A program made the position numbers and the translations under genes. Under the pieces are notes generated by a model, which saw nothing but the letters and a program-made list of their open reading frames with translations, had not been told where the DNA came from and searched no databases. This document shows positions 55,378 through 64,000 of a stretch of DNA of 64,000 bases, piece by piece (positions within the stretch are counted from its first letter, which is position 1; every line of letters starts with the position of its first letter). The stretch comes from Gemmatimonadota bacterium (GTDB lineage: Bacteria; Gemmatimonadota; Gemmatimonadetes; Palauibacterales; KS3-K002). The DNA is taken from positions 92,451 through 156,450 of the forward strand of contig JBDHKD010000003.1 of the NCBI GenBank assembly GCA_039586575.1, given 5' to 3'.

Positions 55378-55578
55378 TCAGGACCTCTTCTCCGCTTCGT
55401 CCGATTGCGGCTTTACCTCGACGAGGTGCTTGACCTTGAACAGCATACCGCGCACCGCAGGGTTGTCCGGCCGGACCACCGTGCGCTGATGCTTGAGGCC
55501 GAGGGCCTCCAGCGTGCGGCGGATCTTGGGCGGTGCGCCGAGTCCGCTCTTGATCTGACGAACCCTCAACTTAGCCAC
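55378..55578 (-). CDS. rpmD: 50S ribosomal protein uL30
   Basis: [21 protein letters not shown]. Confidence 0.95.
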   Translation of the reverse strand: MAKLRVRQIKSGLGAPPKIRRTLEALGLKHQRTVVRPDNPAVRGMLFKVKHLVEVKPQSDEAEKRS

Positions 55579-56137
55579 GACGACCCCCAGTCAACTCTTC
55601 GACTGGGACCCCGCGCTCCCAAGCCGCCTGCTCGGGCGTGACGAGGTTGCTGAGGCCGTCCATAGTGGCACGCACCAGGTTGACCGGATTGTTCGAGCCG
55701 AGGCTCTTGGTCAGGATGTCCTGAACGCCGGCGCACTCGAGCACGGCGCGCACCGGGCCGCCGGCCGTGACACCGGTCCCCGGCCCAGCGGGCCGCAGCA
55801 ACACCCTGCCCGAGCCGTGATGCCCGACGATCTCGTGCGGGATCGTGCCGTGCCGCACGATCGGCACCTCGACCATCGATCGCCGCGCCTGCTCGAAGCC
55901 CTTGCGGATCGCCTCCGCTACCTGGTTCGCCTTGCCGAGCGCCGTGCCGACACGACCCTGCTGATCGCCCGTGGCGACCAGGGCCGTGAACGAGAAGCGC
56001 CGTCCGCCCTTGACCACCTTCGCCACACGATTGATGAAGATGACGTTCTCGAGCAGCTCGCTCTCGCGCTCGCGCTCGCGAGACCGCTTCTCGCCTTTCG
56101 CTCGCTTATCCCGGCTTTCCCGCTGTTGACTGGCCAC
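55571..56137 (-). CDS. rpsE: 30S ribosomal protein uS5
   Basis: [29 protein letters not shown]. Confidence 0.98.
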   Translation of the reverse strand: MASQQRESRDKRAKGEKRSRERERESELLENVIFINRVAKVVKGGRRFSFTALVATGDQQGRVGTALGKANQVAEAIRKGFEQARRSMVEVPIVRHGTIPHEIVGHHGSGRVLLRPAGPGTGVTAGGPVRAVLECAGVQDILTKSLGSNNPVNLVRATMDGLSNLVTPEQAAWERGVPVEELTGGRRG

Positions 56138-56541
56138 TAGATCTTAAGCCCTCCTTCGCGCGCCCCCTCGGCAAACGCCTGAACGCGCCCGTGATACCGA
56201 TAGCCTCCACGATCGAATACGACCCGCTCGATCCCCTTTGCCTTCGCTCGTTCGGCCATCAGCAGGCCAGCGATCCGGCTCTGGGACGTCTTGCTGCGGT
56301 CGTCTTCCAGCCGACTCTGGACCTCTTTTGCCCGGGTAGAGATGCCGGCGAGGCAGATGCCCCGGTCGTCATCGATGAGCTGGGCCTCGATGTTACGCAG
56401 CGAGCGGCGCACCACCAACCGGGGGCGCTCGCTCGATCCGCGTATCTTCTTCAGAATGCGCGCGTGGCGGCGCTGGCGAGCTATGGACCGCCGGCTCGCT
56501 TTGCCTCGCGCCTTTTTCCGCTTCAGGTTCGATATCGACAT
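56137..56541 (-). CDS. rplR: 50S ribosomal protein uL18
   Basis: [31 protein letters not shown]. Confidence 0.97.
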   Translation of the reverse strand: MSISNLKRKKARGKASRRSIARQRRHARILKKIRGSSERPRLVVRRSLRNIEAQLIDDDRGICLAGISTRAKEVQSRLEDDRSKTSQSRIAGLLMAERAKAKGIERVVFDRGGYRYHGRVQAFAEGAREGGLKI

Positions 56542-57077
56542 CAGATGGCCGTCTTGCCCGCTTTACGGCGGACGTGTTCGCCGTGGTACCTGATCCCCTT
56601 GCCCTTGTAAGGCTCCGGGGGCCGGAAGGAGCGGATCTCGGCCGCCGCCTGTCCGACCTTCTCCCTATCGACGCCGGATACCACCACCATGGTGGGCGAT
56701 TCGACGCCCAGGGTGACGCCCTCCGGCGGGTCGTATACGATCGGATGCGAGAATCCCAGGTGGAAGCGCAACGACTTGCCCGCCGCTTCCGCCCGGTAGC
56801 CCACACCGACGATCTCCAGCTTCTTCTGGAAGCCCTCCACCACGCCGCTCACCATATTGGCCAACAAGGCGCCGGTCAGGCCGTGGAGGGCACGATGGTC
56901 CCGTCGATCGCTCGGGCGGTTGGCCCGCAGCTCACCATTCTCGTGCACGATCTCCATCGCCGGGTGGAAATCCCGCGCGATCTCGCCCCTGGGTCCCTTC
57001 ACCGTCACCCGGGTGCCGTCGATCGTGATCGACACGCCGTCGGGCACTTTGATCACACGTTTGCCAATTCGCGACAT
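56541..57077 (-). CDS. rplF: 50S ribosomal protein uL6
   Basis: MSRIGK, GVGYRA, RPPEPYKGKGIRY. Confidence 0.98.
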   Translation of the reverse strand: MSRIGKRVIKVPDGVSITIDGTRVTVKGPRGEIARDFHPAMEIVHENGELRANRPSDRRDHRALHGLTGALLANMVSGVVEGFQKKLEIVGVGYRAEAAGKSLRFHLGFSHPIVYDPPEGVTLGVESPTMVVVSGVDREKVGQAAAEIRSFRPPEPYKGKGIRYHGEHVRRKAGKTAI

Positions 57078-57093
57078 CGCTCGATTCCCGCCG

Positions 57094-57492
57094 CTAGTTC
57101 ACTACCGCGATCAGCTCGCCGCCCACACCGGCCGCACGGGCCTCACGATCCGTGAGGATCCCGCGGCTGGTCGAGAGGATCGCCACACCCAGGCCCCCTC
57201 GCACGCGAGGGATCTCGGCCGTTCCCACATAGCTGCGCCGACCCGGCCGCGACACCCGTCTGATGTCGCGGATCACCGGCTTGCCGTCCGGGGTGTACTT
57301 CAAGTACAGCCTCAGTACACCGAAACGCCCGTCGTCGACGACTTTGATGCTGTCGATGAAGTGGGAATCGACCAGTTTGCGGGCGACCTCGACCTTCATC
57401 CTGGACAGGGGCACGTCGACGCGCCGCTGTCCCGCGTGCAGTGCGTTGCGAACACGGGTCAGCATGTCCGCAATCGGGTCCGTCATTGTCAT
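57094..57492 (-). CDS. rpsH: 30S ribosomal protein uS8
   Basis: TDPIADMLTR, SRPGRR.Y, GLGVAILSTSRG. Confidence 0.98.
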   Translation of the reverse strand: MTMTDPIADMLTRVRNALHAGQRRVDVPLSRMKVEVARKLVDSHFIDSIKVVDDGRFGVLRLYLKYTPDGKPVIRDIRRVSRPGRRSYVGTAEIPRVRGGLGVAILSTSRGILTDREARAAGVGGELIAVVN

Positions 57493-57521
57493 CTAGCCTC
57501 ACCTACCATGATCGAAACGTC

Positions 57522-57707
57522 TCACCAACTGGCCTTCCGCACGCCCGGCAGTTCGCCGTCCAGCGCCATGTTGCGGAAACAGATGCGACACAGTCCAAAT
57601 TTCCGGATGAAGGCTCGGGGGCGGCCGCACCTGCGGCAGCGGTTGTATGCACGGACCCCGAACTTCCGCGGCTTCTTCGTCTTCTCGATCAGAGCCTTTT
57701 TCGCCAT
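57522..57707 (-). CDS. rpsN: 30S ribosomal protein uS14, short Zn-binding (type Z)
   Basis: 61 aa; [19 protein letters not shown]. Confidence 0.97.
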   Translation of the reverse strand: MAKKALIEKTKKPRKFGVRAYNRCRRCGRPRAFIRKFGLCRICFRNMALDGELPGVRKASW

Positions 57708-57743
57708 CGCAATACCAGTCGGATTTGCAGAATCCTCGCTCGG

Positions 57744-58307
57744 CTACACGATCACGGGTTCCACACCGCGGAACGGCATGCCCATCTCGCGCAGCAGAGC
57801 CAGAGCTTCCTCGTCTTTGTTCGTCGTGGTGACGAACGTGATGTCCATCCCGTGGATCTTCTGGATCTTGTCGTAGTCGACCTCGGGGAAGATCACCTGT
57901 TCCTTGATGCCGATCGTGTAGTTGCCGCGGCCGTCAAACGACTCGGGCGACAGGCCGCGGAAGTCGCGCACCCTGGGCACCGCTACATTGATGAAGCGGT
58001 CCAAGAACTCGTACATGTGCGCGCCGCGCAGGGTTACGCTCACCCCCACCGGCATCCCTTCCCGCAACCCGAAGTTCGATATCGCCTTGCGGGCCTTGTT
58101 GATGATCGGCCGCTGCCCGCTGATCGCTTTCACCGCCTCGACGACCGAGTCGAGCAGCTTGGGGTCCCGAGATGCTTCGCCGACCCCGATGTTGATCACG
58201 ACCTTCTCCAGCGCAGGTATGCGGTGCACGTTATCGAACGCGAACTCGCTGGCGAGTTTGGGTCGTACCGTACCCTCGTAATGCTCCTGCAACCTCGGCT
58301 TCATCAT
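57744..58307 (-). CDS. rplE: 50S ribosomal protein uL5
   Basis: KVVINIGVG, NFGLREG, PRVRDFRG, FDGRGNY. Confidence 0.98.
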   Translation of the reverse strand: MMKPRLQEHYEGTVRPKLASEFAFDNVHRIPALEKVVINIGVGEASRDPKLLDSVVEAVKAISGQRPIINKARKAISNFGLREGMPVGVSVTLRGAHMYEFLDRFINVAVPRVRDFRGLSPESFDGRGNYTIGIKEQVIFPEVDYDKIQKIHGMDITFVTTTNKDEEALALLREMGMPFRGVEPVIV

Positions 58308-58630
58308 CAACCTTCCGGAATCGGGATCGGATTATTGCAGCGCGCGCACAGCCGTTCCAGCGTCCCGTCCGCATCGTGCTGCCGCCGCACACGCGACGGC
58401 GCCTTGCAGTGGGGGCAGAGCAGCATGACGTTCGATGCCGCTATCGGCGCCTCGAAGCTCACGATCCCGCCCTCCGGGTTCGCCTGCGACGGCCGCTGGT
58501 GGCGCTTCCGCATGTTGATGCCTTCGACAACCACACGGCCCTTCTTCGGGAGGATGCGAAGCACGCGCCCCTCCGACCCTTTGTAGTTGCCGGCGATGAC
58601 GGCAACCTGATCTCCTCTTCGAACGTGCAT
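58307..58630 (-). CDS. rplX: 50S ribosomal protein uL24
   Basis: [28 protein letters not shown] 58630. Confidence 0.97.
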   Translation of the reverse strand: MHVRRGDQVAVIAGNYKGSEGRVLRILPKKGRVVVEGINMRKRHQRPSQANPEGGIVSFEAPIAASNVMLLCPHCKAPSRVRRQHDADGTLERLCARCNNPIPIPEG

Positions 58631-58640
58631 TGCTCCGTCC

Positions 58641-59009
58641 TCAGACAACCTCTGGGGCCAGCGAGACGATCTTCATGAACCGCTTGTCTCGCAGCTCCCT
58701 GCCGACCGGACCGAAGATCCGCGTAGCACGAGGTTCGCCCTGTTCGTTGATCAGAACCGCGGCATTGTCGTCGAATCTTATGTAGGAGCCGTCCTTGCGA
58801 CGCTGCTCCCTGGCCGTCCTCACGACTACCGCCTTGGTGACTTCACCCTTCTTTATCGTGCTCGTCGGCAACGCGTCCTTGATGGTGACGACGATCACGT
58901 CGCCCATCCGGGCGTAGCGGCGCTTGCTGCCTCCGAGCACGCGGATGCAGAGCGCCTCCTTCGCACCCGAATTGTCCGTTACCCGTACAATCGACTCCTG
59001 CTGTATCAT
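58641..59009 (-). CDS. rplN: 50S ribosomal protein uL14
   Basis: [29 protein letters not shown]. Confidence 0.98.
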   Translation of the reverse strand: MIQQESIVRVTDNSGAKEALCIRVLGGSKRRYARMGDVIVVTIKDALPTSTIKKGEVTKAVVVRTAREQRRKDGSYIRFDDNAAVLINEQGEPRATRIFGPVGRELRDKRFMKIVSLAPEVV

Positions 59010-59048
59010 CTTCGGACTCGCTCTATCACATGTTCCGGGCGGTACGGA

Positions 59049-59303
59049 CTACTCCGGCCTGCGGACGATCTCTACCAGGCGCCAACTCTTCTTGGCCGAC
59101 AGCGGCCGCGTCTCGACGATCCGCACTACGTCGCCGGTGCGTGCCTGGTTCTCCTCGTCGTGCGCGTAGTACTTCTTGTGTCGCGTGACCTGCTTGCCGT
59201 ACAGCTGGTGGGCGAACCGTTTCTCGACGCTGACCACTATGGTCTTGTCCATCCGGTCGCTCACAACCGATCCAACCCGAGTCTTACGCCGGCTTCGGTC
59301 CAT
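59049..59303 (-). CDS. rpsQ: 30S ribosomal protein uS17
   Basis: [24 protein letters not shown]. Confidence 0.97.
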   Translation of the reverse strand: MDRSRRKTRVGSVVSDRMDKTIVVSVEKRFAHQLYGKQVTRHKKYYAHDEENQARTGDVVRIVETRPLSAKKSWRLVEIVRRPE

Positions 59304-59309
59304 ACGTCG

Positions 59310-59525
59310 TCACTTCTCCTCAGCGGTGCGAGCGGCTTTCAGCTCGCGCTCGCGCTTGATCGTCTTCAACCTTGCGATATCGCGCCGGACTTGCCGGATC
59401 TTCATCGGGTTCTCGAGCTCCTCGTAGGCACCCTTCATGCGCAGTTTGAAGAGCTCGTCCGACAACTCCTCGAGCTTTTGCTCGATGTCGAGGTCACCCA
59501 GCTCGCGAATCTCTTCCGGCCGCAT
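59310..59525 (-). CDS. rpmC: 50S ribosomal protein uL29
   Basis: ELFKLR..LENP.KIRQVRRDIARLKT (alternative GTG start at 59528). Confidence 0.96.
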   Translation of the reverse strand: MRPEEIRELGDLDIEQKLEELSDELFKLRMKGAYEELENPMKIRQVRRDIARLKTIKRERELKAARTAEEK

Positions 59526-59944
59526 CACATGCCTCCCGAACCGCGGCTGATGAATCGGGTTCTGACCGGCAGCTTAGCGGCTGCCAGCTCCATGGCGCGC
59601 CGGGCGATGTCATCCGGTACGCCTTCGAGTTCGAACATCACACGACCCGGCTTGACGACGGCGACCCAGGCGTCCGGGGTCCCCTTGCCCTTGCCCATGC
59701 GAGTCTCGGCCGGTTTCTTCGAGATCGGCTTATCCGGGAAGATGCGGATGAACACCTTGCCGCCGCGCTTGATGTGACGGGTCATGGCGACACGTGCGGC
59801 CTCGATCTGACGGGAAGTGATCCAGGCACGATCGAGTGACTGGAGCCCGTACTGGCCGAAGGCCACGCGGTTGCCACGGGTCGCCTTTCCACGGATTCGA
59901 CCCTTCTGCTGTTTCCGCCATTTTATGCGCTTAGGAGCAAGCAT
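59525..59944 (-). CDS. rplP: 50S ribosomal protein uL16
   Basis: [31 protein letters not shown]. Confidence 0.98.
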   Translation of the reverse strand: MLAPKRIKWRKQQKGRIRGKATRGNRVAFGQYGLQSLDRAWITSRQIEAARVAMTRHIKRGGKVFIRIFPDKPISKKPAETRMGKGKGTPDAWVAVVKPGRVMFELEGVPDDIARRAMELAAAKLPVRTRFISRGSGGM

Positions 59945-59961
59945 CGCTCTTCCCTAGTCTA

Positions 59962-60630
59962 TCAATTGCCCCGACCGCCGGCCGTGTAAGTCTGGCCCTT
60001 GCGGTCCTCCATGACTTCACCCTTGAAGACCCAGACTTTGATGCCGATCGGCCCGAACGTGGTCTTGGCGGTGGAGCGAGCATAGTCGACGTCGGCGCGC
60101 AAAGTGTGCAGCGGCACACGACCCTCGTGGTAGCCCTCGGTGCGCGCGATCTCGGCACCGCCCAAACGCCCGGCACACTGGATCTTGATCCCGCCGGCGC
60201 CCATCCGCATCGCCTGCTGAACCGCTCGCTTCATCGCGCGCCGGAACGCTATGCGCTGCACCAGCTGGAACGCCACGTTGTCGGCGATCAGCTGCGCTTC
60301 GATCTCCGGCCGTTTGATCTCCTCGACGTTGATCGCGACCTCGGCGCTCGTCAGAACCGCGAGCTCGTCCCGCAGTTTGTCGACCTCGGCGCCCCGCTTG
60401 CCGATGACCACACCGGGGCGTCCGGTGTTGATGGTCACGACGATCTTGCCCGGCTTGCGCTCGACCTCGACCGACGAGATCGCGGCATGGCCCAGTCGCG
60501 CCTTCAGGTAGTTGCGGATCTTCTCATCTTGCTCGATGAGGTCCGCCAGGTTGCCTTCCGCGTACCAGCGAGACTTCCAGGGCTTGACGACTCCCAGACG
60601 GAAGCCGAGCGGATGTGTCTTCTGACCCAT
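59962..60630 (-). CDS. rpsC: 30S ribosomal protein uS3
   Basis: [37 protein letters not shown]. Confidence 0.98.
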   Translation of the reverse strand: MGQKTHPLGFRLGVVKPWKSRWYAEGNLADLIEQDEKIRNYLKARLGHAAISSVEVERKPGKIVVTINTGRPGVVIGKRGAEVDKLRDELAVLTSAEVAINVEEIKRPEIEAQLIADNVAFQLVQRIAFRRAMKRAVQQAMRMGAGGIKIQCAGRLGGAEIARTEGYHEGRVPLHTLRADVDYARSTAKTTFGPIGIKVWVFKGEVMEDRKGQTYTAGGRGN

Positions 60631-60631
60631 G

Positions 60632-60982
60632 CTATTCCTTCCGGTCGACGATCACGGTGACGTGACTGGTGCGCTTGCGAATCGGGCTCGCGCGGCCCAT
60701 CGCCCGTGCCCGCCAACGTCTGTACGTCGGTCCCTCGTCCACGTAGGCGCGCTTGACGTAGAGCTCATCCGCGTCCAGGCGCTCTCCCTGCTCGTCCGCT
60801 TTGAACATCGCATTGGCCACGGCCGACCGCAGAAGGGTCTCGATCGATCGGGCGGCCTTCTTATCGTTGAATTTCAGGATCGCGTATGCGTCGTTCACAG
60901 GCTGGCCGCGGATCTGGTCTGTGACCAGCCGCATCTTCCGCGGGGACTGTCGAACGAAACGCGCAATCGCCTTCGCTTCCAT
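60632..60982 (-). CDS. rplV: 50S ribosomal protein uL22
   Basis: [30 protein letters not shown]. Confidence 0.98.
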   Translation of the reverse strand: MEAKAIARFVRQSPRKMRLVTDQIRGQPVNDAYAILKFNDKKAARSIETLLRSAVANAMFKADEQGERLDADELYVKRAYVDEGPTYRRWRARAMGRASPIRKRTSHVTVIVDRKE

Positions 60983-60984
60983 CA

Positions 60985-61272
60985 CTAGCCGACCTTGGCT
61001 CGCTTGTCCGCCAGTTTGCCCCCGTGACCACGGAACAGGCGGGTTGGCGCGAATTCACCTAGCTTGTGACCCACCATGTTCTCGGTGACGTACACGGGGA
61101 TGAACTTGTTTCCGTTGTGAACAGCGAGCGTGTGACCGACAAAATCCGGCGTGATCGTGGAACGACGCGACCACGTCTTGATGACTCGCTTCTCACCGCT
61201 CTCGTTCATCTGAGCGATCTTCTTGCCCAGGTGCTCATCGACGAACGGGCCTTTTCTAACGCTCCTCGCCAT
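60985..61272 (-). CDS. rpsS: 30S ribosomal protein uS19
   Basis: [30 protein letters not shown]. Confidence 0.98.
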   Translation of the reverse strand: MARSVRKGPFVDEHLGKKIAQMNESGEKRVIKTWSRRSTITPDFVGHTLAVHNGNKFIPVYVTENMVGHKLGEFAPTRLFRGHGGKLADKRAKVG

Positions 61273-61313
61273 AAACGCTCCGGCTAACTGCCGAGTCCAT
61301 TGGGGACGCGCGC

Positions 61314-62153
61314 CTACTGCGTCGCCTTGCCGCGACGCCGGCGGCGCACGATCAGCTTGTCCGACTTCTTGTGACGGTCGCGCGTCTTACGGCCTTCCGG
61401 CTTGCCCCAGGGGCTTACCGGCGGTCGACCGCCCGACGCCCGGCCCTCACCGCCACCCAGCGGGTGGTCGACCGGGTTCATCGCCACGCCGCGGACTTTG
61501 GGACGCCGACCGGCCCAGCGGGTGCGACCCGCCTTGCCCCACGAGACGTTCTCGTGGTCGACGTTGCCCACCTGCCCGATAGTGGCCATGCACTCAGCCG
61601 GCACCATCCGCACCTCGGTGGACGGCAACCGCAGCGTTACATGGTTGCCCTCTTTCGCCACGACCTGCGCCCCGCCGCCGGCCGAGCGGATCATCTTGCC
61701 GCCGCGGCCCGGTTGCAGCTCGACGTTGTGGACCGTCGTGCCCAGCGGGATCTCCTTTAGTGGCAAAGCGTTGCCCAGGCGAATCTCGCTACCCGAGCCC
61801 GCGACTACCGTGTCACCCACGTTGAGGCCGCGGGGATGGAGGATGTACCGCTTCTCCCCGTCGACGTAGTGGATCAGCGCGATGTTCGCGGACCGGTTCG
61901 GGTCGTACTCCACCGCGGCGACTTTGCCGGGCACGGCGAACTTGTCGCGACGGAAGTCGATGCGGCGGTATCGACGCTTGTGGCCGCCGCCGCGCCGACG
62001 TGTCGTGATGTGACCGTGGTGGTTGCGACCACCCGACTTTTTCACGGGCTCGAGCAGCGACTTCTCAGGCTTGCTCCGCGTGATCTCGTCGCTCTGGACC
62101 AGCGACCGGAAACGGGAGCCCGGGGTCGTCGGTTTAAGCTTCTTTATCGCCAT
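61314..62153 (-). CDS. rplB: 50S ribosomal protein uL2
   Basis: [29 protein letters not shown]. Confidence 0.98.
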   Translation of the reverse strand: MAIKKLKPTTPGSRFRSLVQSDEITRSKPEKSLLEPVKKSGGRNHHGHITTRRRGGGHKRRYRRIDFRRDKFAVPGKVAAVEYDPNRSANIALIHYVDGEKRYILHPRGLNVGDTVVAGSGSEIRLGNALPLKEIPLGTTVHNVELQPGRGGKMIRSAGGGAQVVAKEGNHVTLRLPSTEVRMVPAECMATIGQVGNVDHENVSWGKAGRTRWAGRRPKVRGVAMNPVDHPLGGGEGRASGGRPPVSPWGKPEGRKTRDRHKKSDKLIVRRRRRGKATQ

Positions 62154-62155
62154 GC

Positions 62156-62446
62156 CTAGAGCCCTTCAAAGATCTCGATCATCTCACCCTCAGCGAGCGT
62201 CACGACCGCTTTCTTCCAGTTCGGTCGTTTGCCCACGTGCGTTCCGCGGCGGCGCCACTTGCCACGCTGGTTCGATGTTCGGACCTGCGTGACGTGCACC
62301 GCGAACAGCCGCTCGACCGCATGCTTGATCTCGTGCTTGTTGGCGTCGCCCCGCACCTGGAAGGTGTACTGGTTCATGTTCATCTGGCTCGCCGAGGACT
62401 TCTCGGTGATGAGCGGGCGCACGATGATCTCCCGCGGATCACGCAT
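62156..62446 (-). CDS. rplW: 50S ribosomal protein uL23
   Basis: [31 protein letters not shown] 62446. Confidence 0.97.
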   Translation of the reverse strand: MRDPREIIVRPLITEKSSASQMNMNQYTFQVRGDANKHEIKHAVERLFAVHVTQVRTSNQRGKWRRRGTHVGKRPNWKKAVVTLAEGEMIEIFEGL

Positions 62447-63095
62447 CGGTCGCCTCCTCAACCGCAGCCGCCGTCCGTTCTGCCGATAGGGCCCCTTCCT
62501 CAATGACCACCGAATCCGCCCACAGCACGTCGTAGGCCGATTCAGCGCCGTAGCTACGGACTTCCACGTTGGGAAGATTGCGAGCCGACAGGTAGACGTT
62601 GGGTCGCCGCTCCGCGGTCAGGATCAGCACCTTTTGGTCGCTCAGGCCGAGTTTCTCCAACAGCTTCACGAGCTCGCGGGTCCTGGGCTGCTCCATGGCC
62701 AGATCCTCGAGCACGATCACCCGATCCTCTGCCGCTCGGGCATTGAACGCCGAGCGCCGGGCGAGTCGTCGCACCTTCTTCGGCAGATCTTGCCGGTAGG
62801 AGCGAGGGGTTGGCGGGAAGACGATGCCGCCTCCGCGCCAGATGGGCGAGCGAATGGTGCCTACGCGGGCTCGCCCCGTCCCTTTCTGCCTCCACGGCTT
62901 GCGACCGCCGCCGCGGACTTCACTGCGAGTCTTGGCCGCGGCGGTGCCCTGCCGGCGATTCGCCAGATGGGCATTCACGGCGGCGTGGAGCGACTGCTCG
63001 TGTACGACGCCGTCGAACGGGTCGGCCGGCAACGTGCGTGCGCTACCTGCCTTGCCATCGGCCTTGAAGTATCGAGCCTTGAATGGTGCCGTCAT
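62439..63095 (-). CDS. rplD: 50S ribosomal protein uL4
   Basis: RQGTAAAKTRSEVRGGGRKPWRQKGTGRAR, GGGIVFPP, SARNLP. Confidence 0.98.
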   Translation of the reverse strand: MTAPFKARYFKADGKAGSARTLPADPFDGVVHEQSLHAAVNAHLANRRQGTAAAKTRSEVRGGGRKPWRQKGTGRARVGTIRSPIWRGGGIVFPPTPRSYRQDLPKKVRRLARRSAFNARAAEDRVIVLEDLAMEQPRTRELVKLLEKLGLSDQKVLILTAERRPNVYLSARNLPNVEVRSYGAESAYDVLWADSVVIEEGALSAERTAAAVEEATDA

Positions 63096-63135
63096 CGTCT
63101 CGCTCAGCGCCTGTCTTCTCGAACCAATTCTTCCG

Positions 63136-63891
63136 TTACTGCTTGCCGATCAGCAGCCAGCCGTTGCGCGCGCCCGGAACCGGACCCCTCACGAACAGCA
63201 GGTTAAGCTCGGCATCGATCTTCACGACCTCGAGGTTGCGGACCGTCTTCCGCTCGTTCCCCATCTGCCCGCCCATCTTGCGCCCTTTTATGACCCGTGA
63301 CGGGTCGGTGCCCGGGCCGATGGACCCCGGAACACGGAGCCCCGGGTGCCCGTGTGTCTTGGGCCGGCCGCGGAAGCCGTGGCGTTTCACCACGCCCTGG
63401 AAACCGCGCCCTTTGCTACGCCCGGTGACTTTGACGCGCTCGCCTTCGGCGAAGATGGAAACCGTCAGCACGTGGCCGACCCGCAGGTCCGCCGGTTGCG
63501 AGTCCGCCGCCGCCTCGCCGGCGGGCTGGGCCTCGGCATCCGCCTCGGCATCCGCCTCGGCATTCACCTCGCCTGCGGCGGCGCTTCCGGCCATCAGCGG
63601 CGTGTGCGGATCCTCCGCCAGGACATCCCCTTCGCCCAGCTTGAACTCGCGCACGATGGCCGGGACGTAATCGAGGTTCGCCCGCTCGGCGTGGCCCAGG
63701 TCCGGCTTCCGGGTGCGGCGCGGCTTCCTCTTCCCGAAACCGAGCTGCACGGCGCGGTAGCCATCCCGCTCCTCCGTCTTGACCTGTACGATCGGACAGG
63801 GACCCGCCTCGATCGCCGTCACCGGGACGACGGAGCCGTCATCGGCGAACAGCTGGGTCATCCCGACCTTCTTGCCTATGAGCCCGAGCAT
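63136..63891 (-). CDS. rplC: 50S ribosomal protein uL3 with an internal acidic insertion
   Basis: [44 protein letters not shown]. Confidence 0.98.
   Translation of the reverse strand: MLGLIGKKVGMTQLFADDGSVVPVTAIEAGPCPIVQVKTEERDGYRAVQLGFGKRKPRRTRKPDLGHAERANLDYVPAIVREFKLGEGDVLAEDPHTPLMAGSAAAGEVNAEADAEADAEAQPAGEAAADSQPADLRVGHVLTVSIFAEGERVKVTGRSKGRGFQGVVKRHGFRGRPKTHGHPGLRVPGSIGPGTDPSRVIKGRKMGGQMGNERKTVRNLEVVKIDAELNLLFVRGPVPGARNGWLLIGKQ
63530..63563. repeat. 12-nt tandem repeat (GCCTCGGCATCC x~2.8) within the rplC insertion
   Basis: Read directly; encodes [12 protein letters not shown]. Confidence 0.85.
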
Positions 63892-64000
63892 CAATCCACC
63901 TTGATCTCTACGTCGACACCGGCGGGCAGATCGAGCTTGGTCAGCGCGTCCACCGTCTGCGGCCGGGAATCGAGAATGTCGATCAACCGCTTGTGCGTCT
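63891..64000 (-). CDS. rpsJ: 30S ribosomal protein uS10, 3' end only (truncated by window edge)
   Basis: Hand translation [35 protein letters not shown]; TGATG overlap with rplC. Confidence 0.97.
   Translation of the reverse strand, partial: THKRLIDILDSRPQTVDALTKLDLPAGVDVEIKVD

Overview
A 64 kb, GC-rich bacterial chromosomal segment of core genes, almost all on the minus strand. Only a 5'-truncated PPIase gene (3..728) and one orphan (47369..47770) are on +. In reading order (right to left) it holds: the S10-spc-alpha ribosomal protein supercluster (rpsJ partial to rplQ, with secY, adk, map, infA, rpoA); rpmB; hemD-hemB; a nucleotide-sugar cluster (WecC/WbpA-like, gmd, rmd, uncharacterised nucleotidyltransferase, ugd, uxs, GT2) running into two TPR genes, bamD, nadD, secA and radC; rel-EVE-STAND/TPR-uvrB-tsaE-tsaB-rimI; ssb-LysM; ccsA-hemA-epimerase-tolQRAB-pal-cpoB-nrdR-tatC-lptD-hutU-hutI; then a large SgmX-like TPR gene, a polyprenyl synthase and DUF4321. 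RpoA and SecA insertion patterns suggest Gemmatimonadota (FCB group); this is recall, not a search result. I found no mobile element, CRISPR array, tRNA or rRNA. Best leads: (1) strong enrichment of Bacteroidota-type D-[S/T]-[AILMVT] O-glycosylation sequons in exported proteins, next to a nucleotide-sugar/GT2 locus; (2) a 157-nt rod-like RNA structure upstream of hemD; (3) an effector-less STAND-TPR protein with a CheZ-like tail behind rel-EVE; (4) myxobacteria-like SgmX and TsaP homologues; (5) a ~45-aa acidic insertion in uL3; (6) an apparent ~16-codon in-frame deletion in tolQ. Several starts were moved from the ORF track using RBS, overlap and homology cues. All motif counts are by eye.
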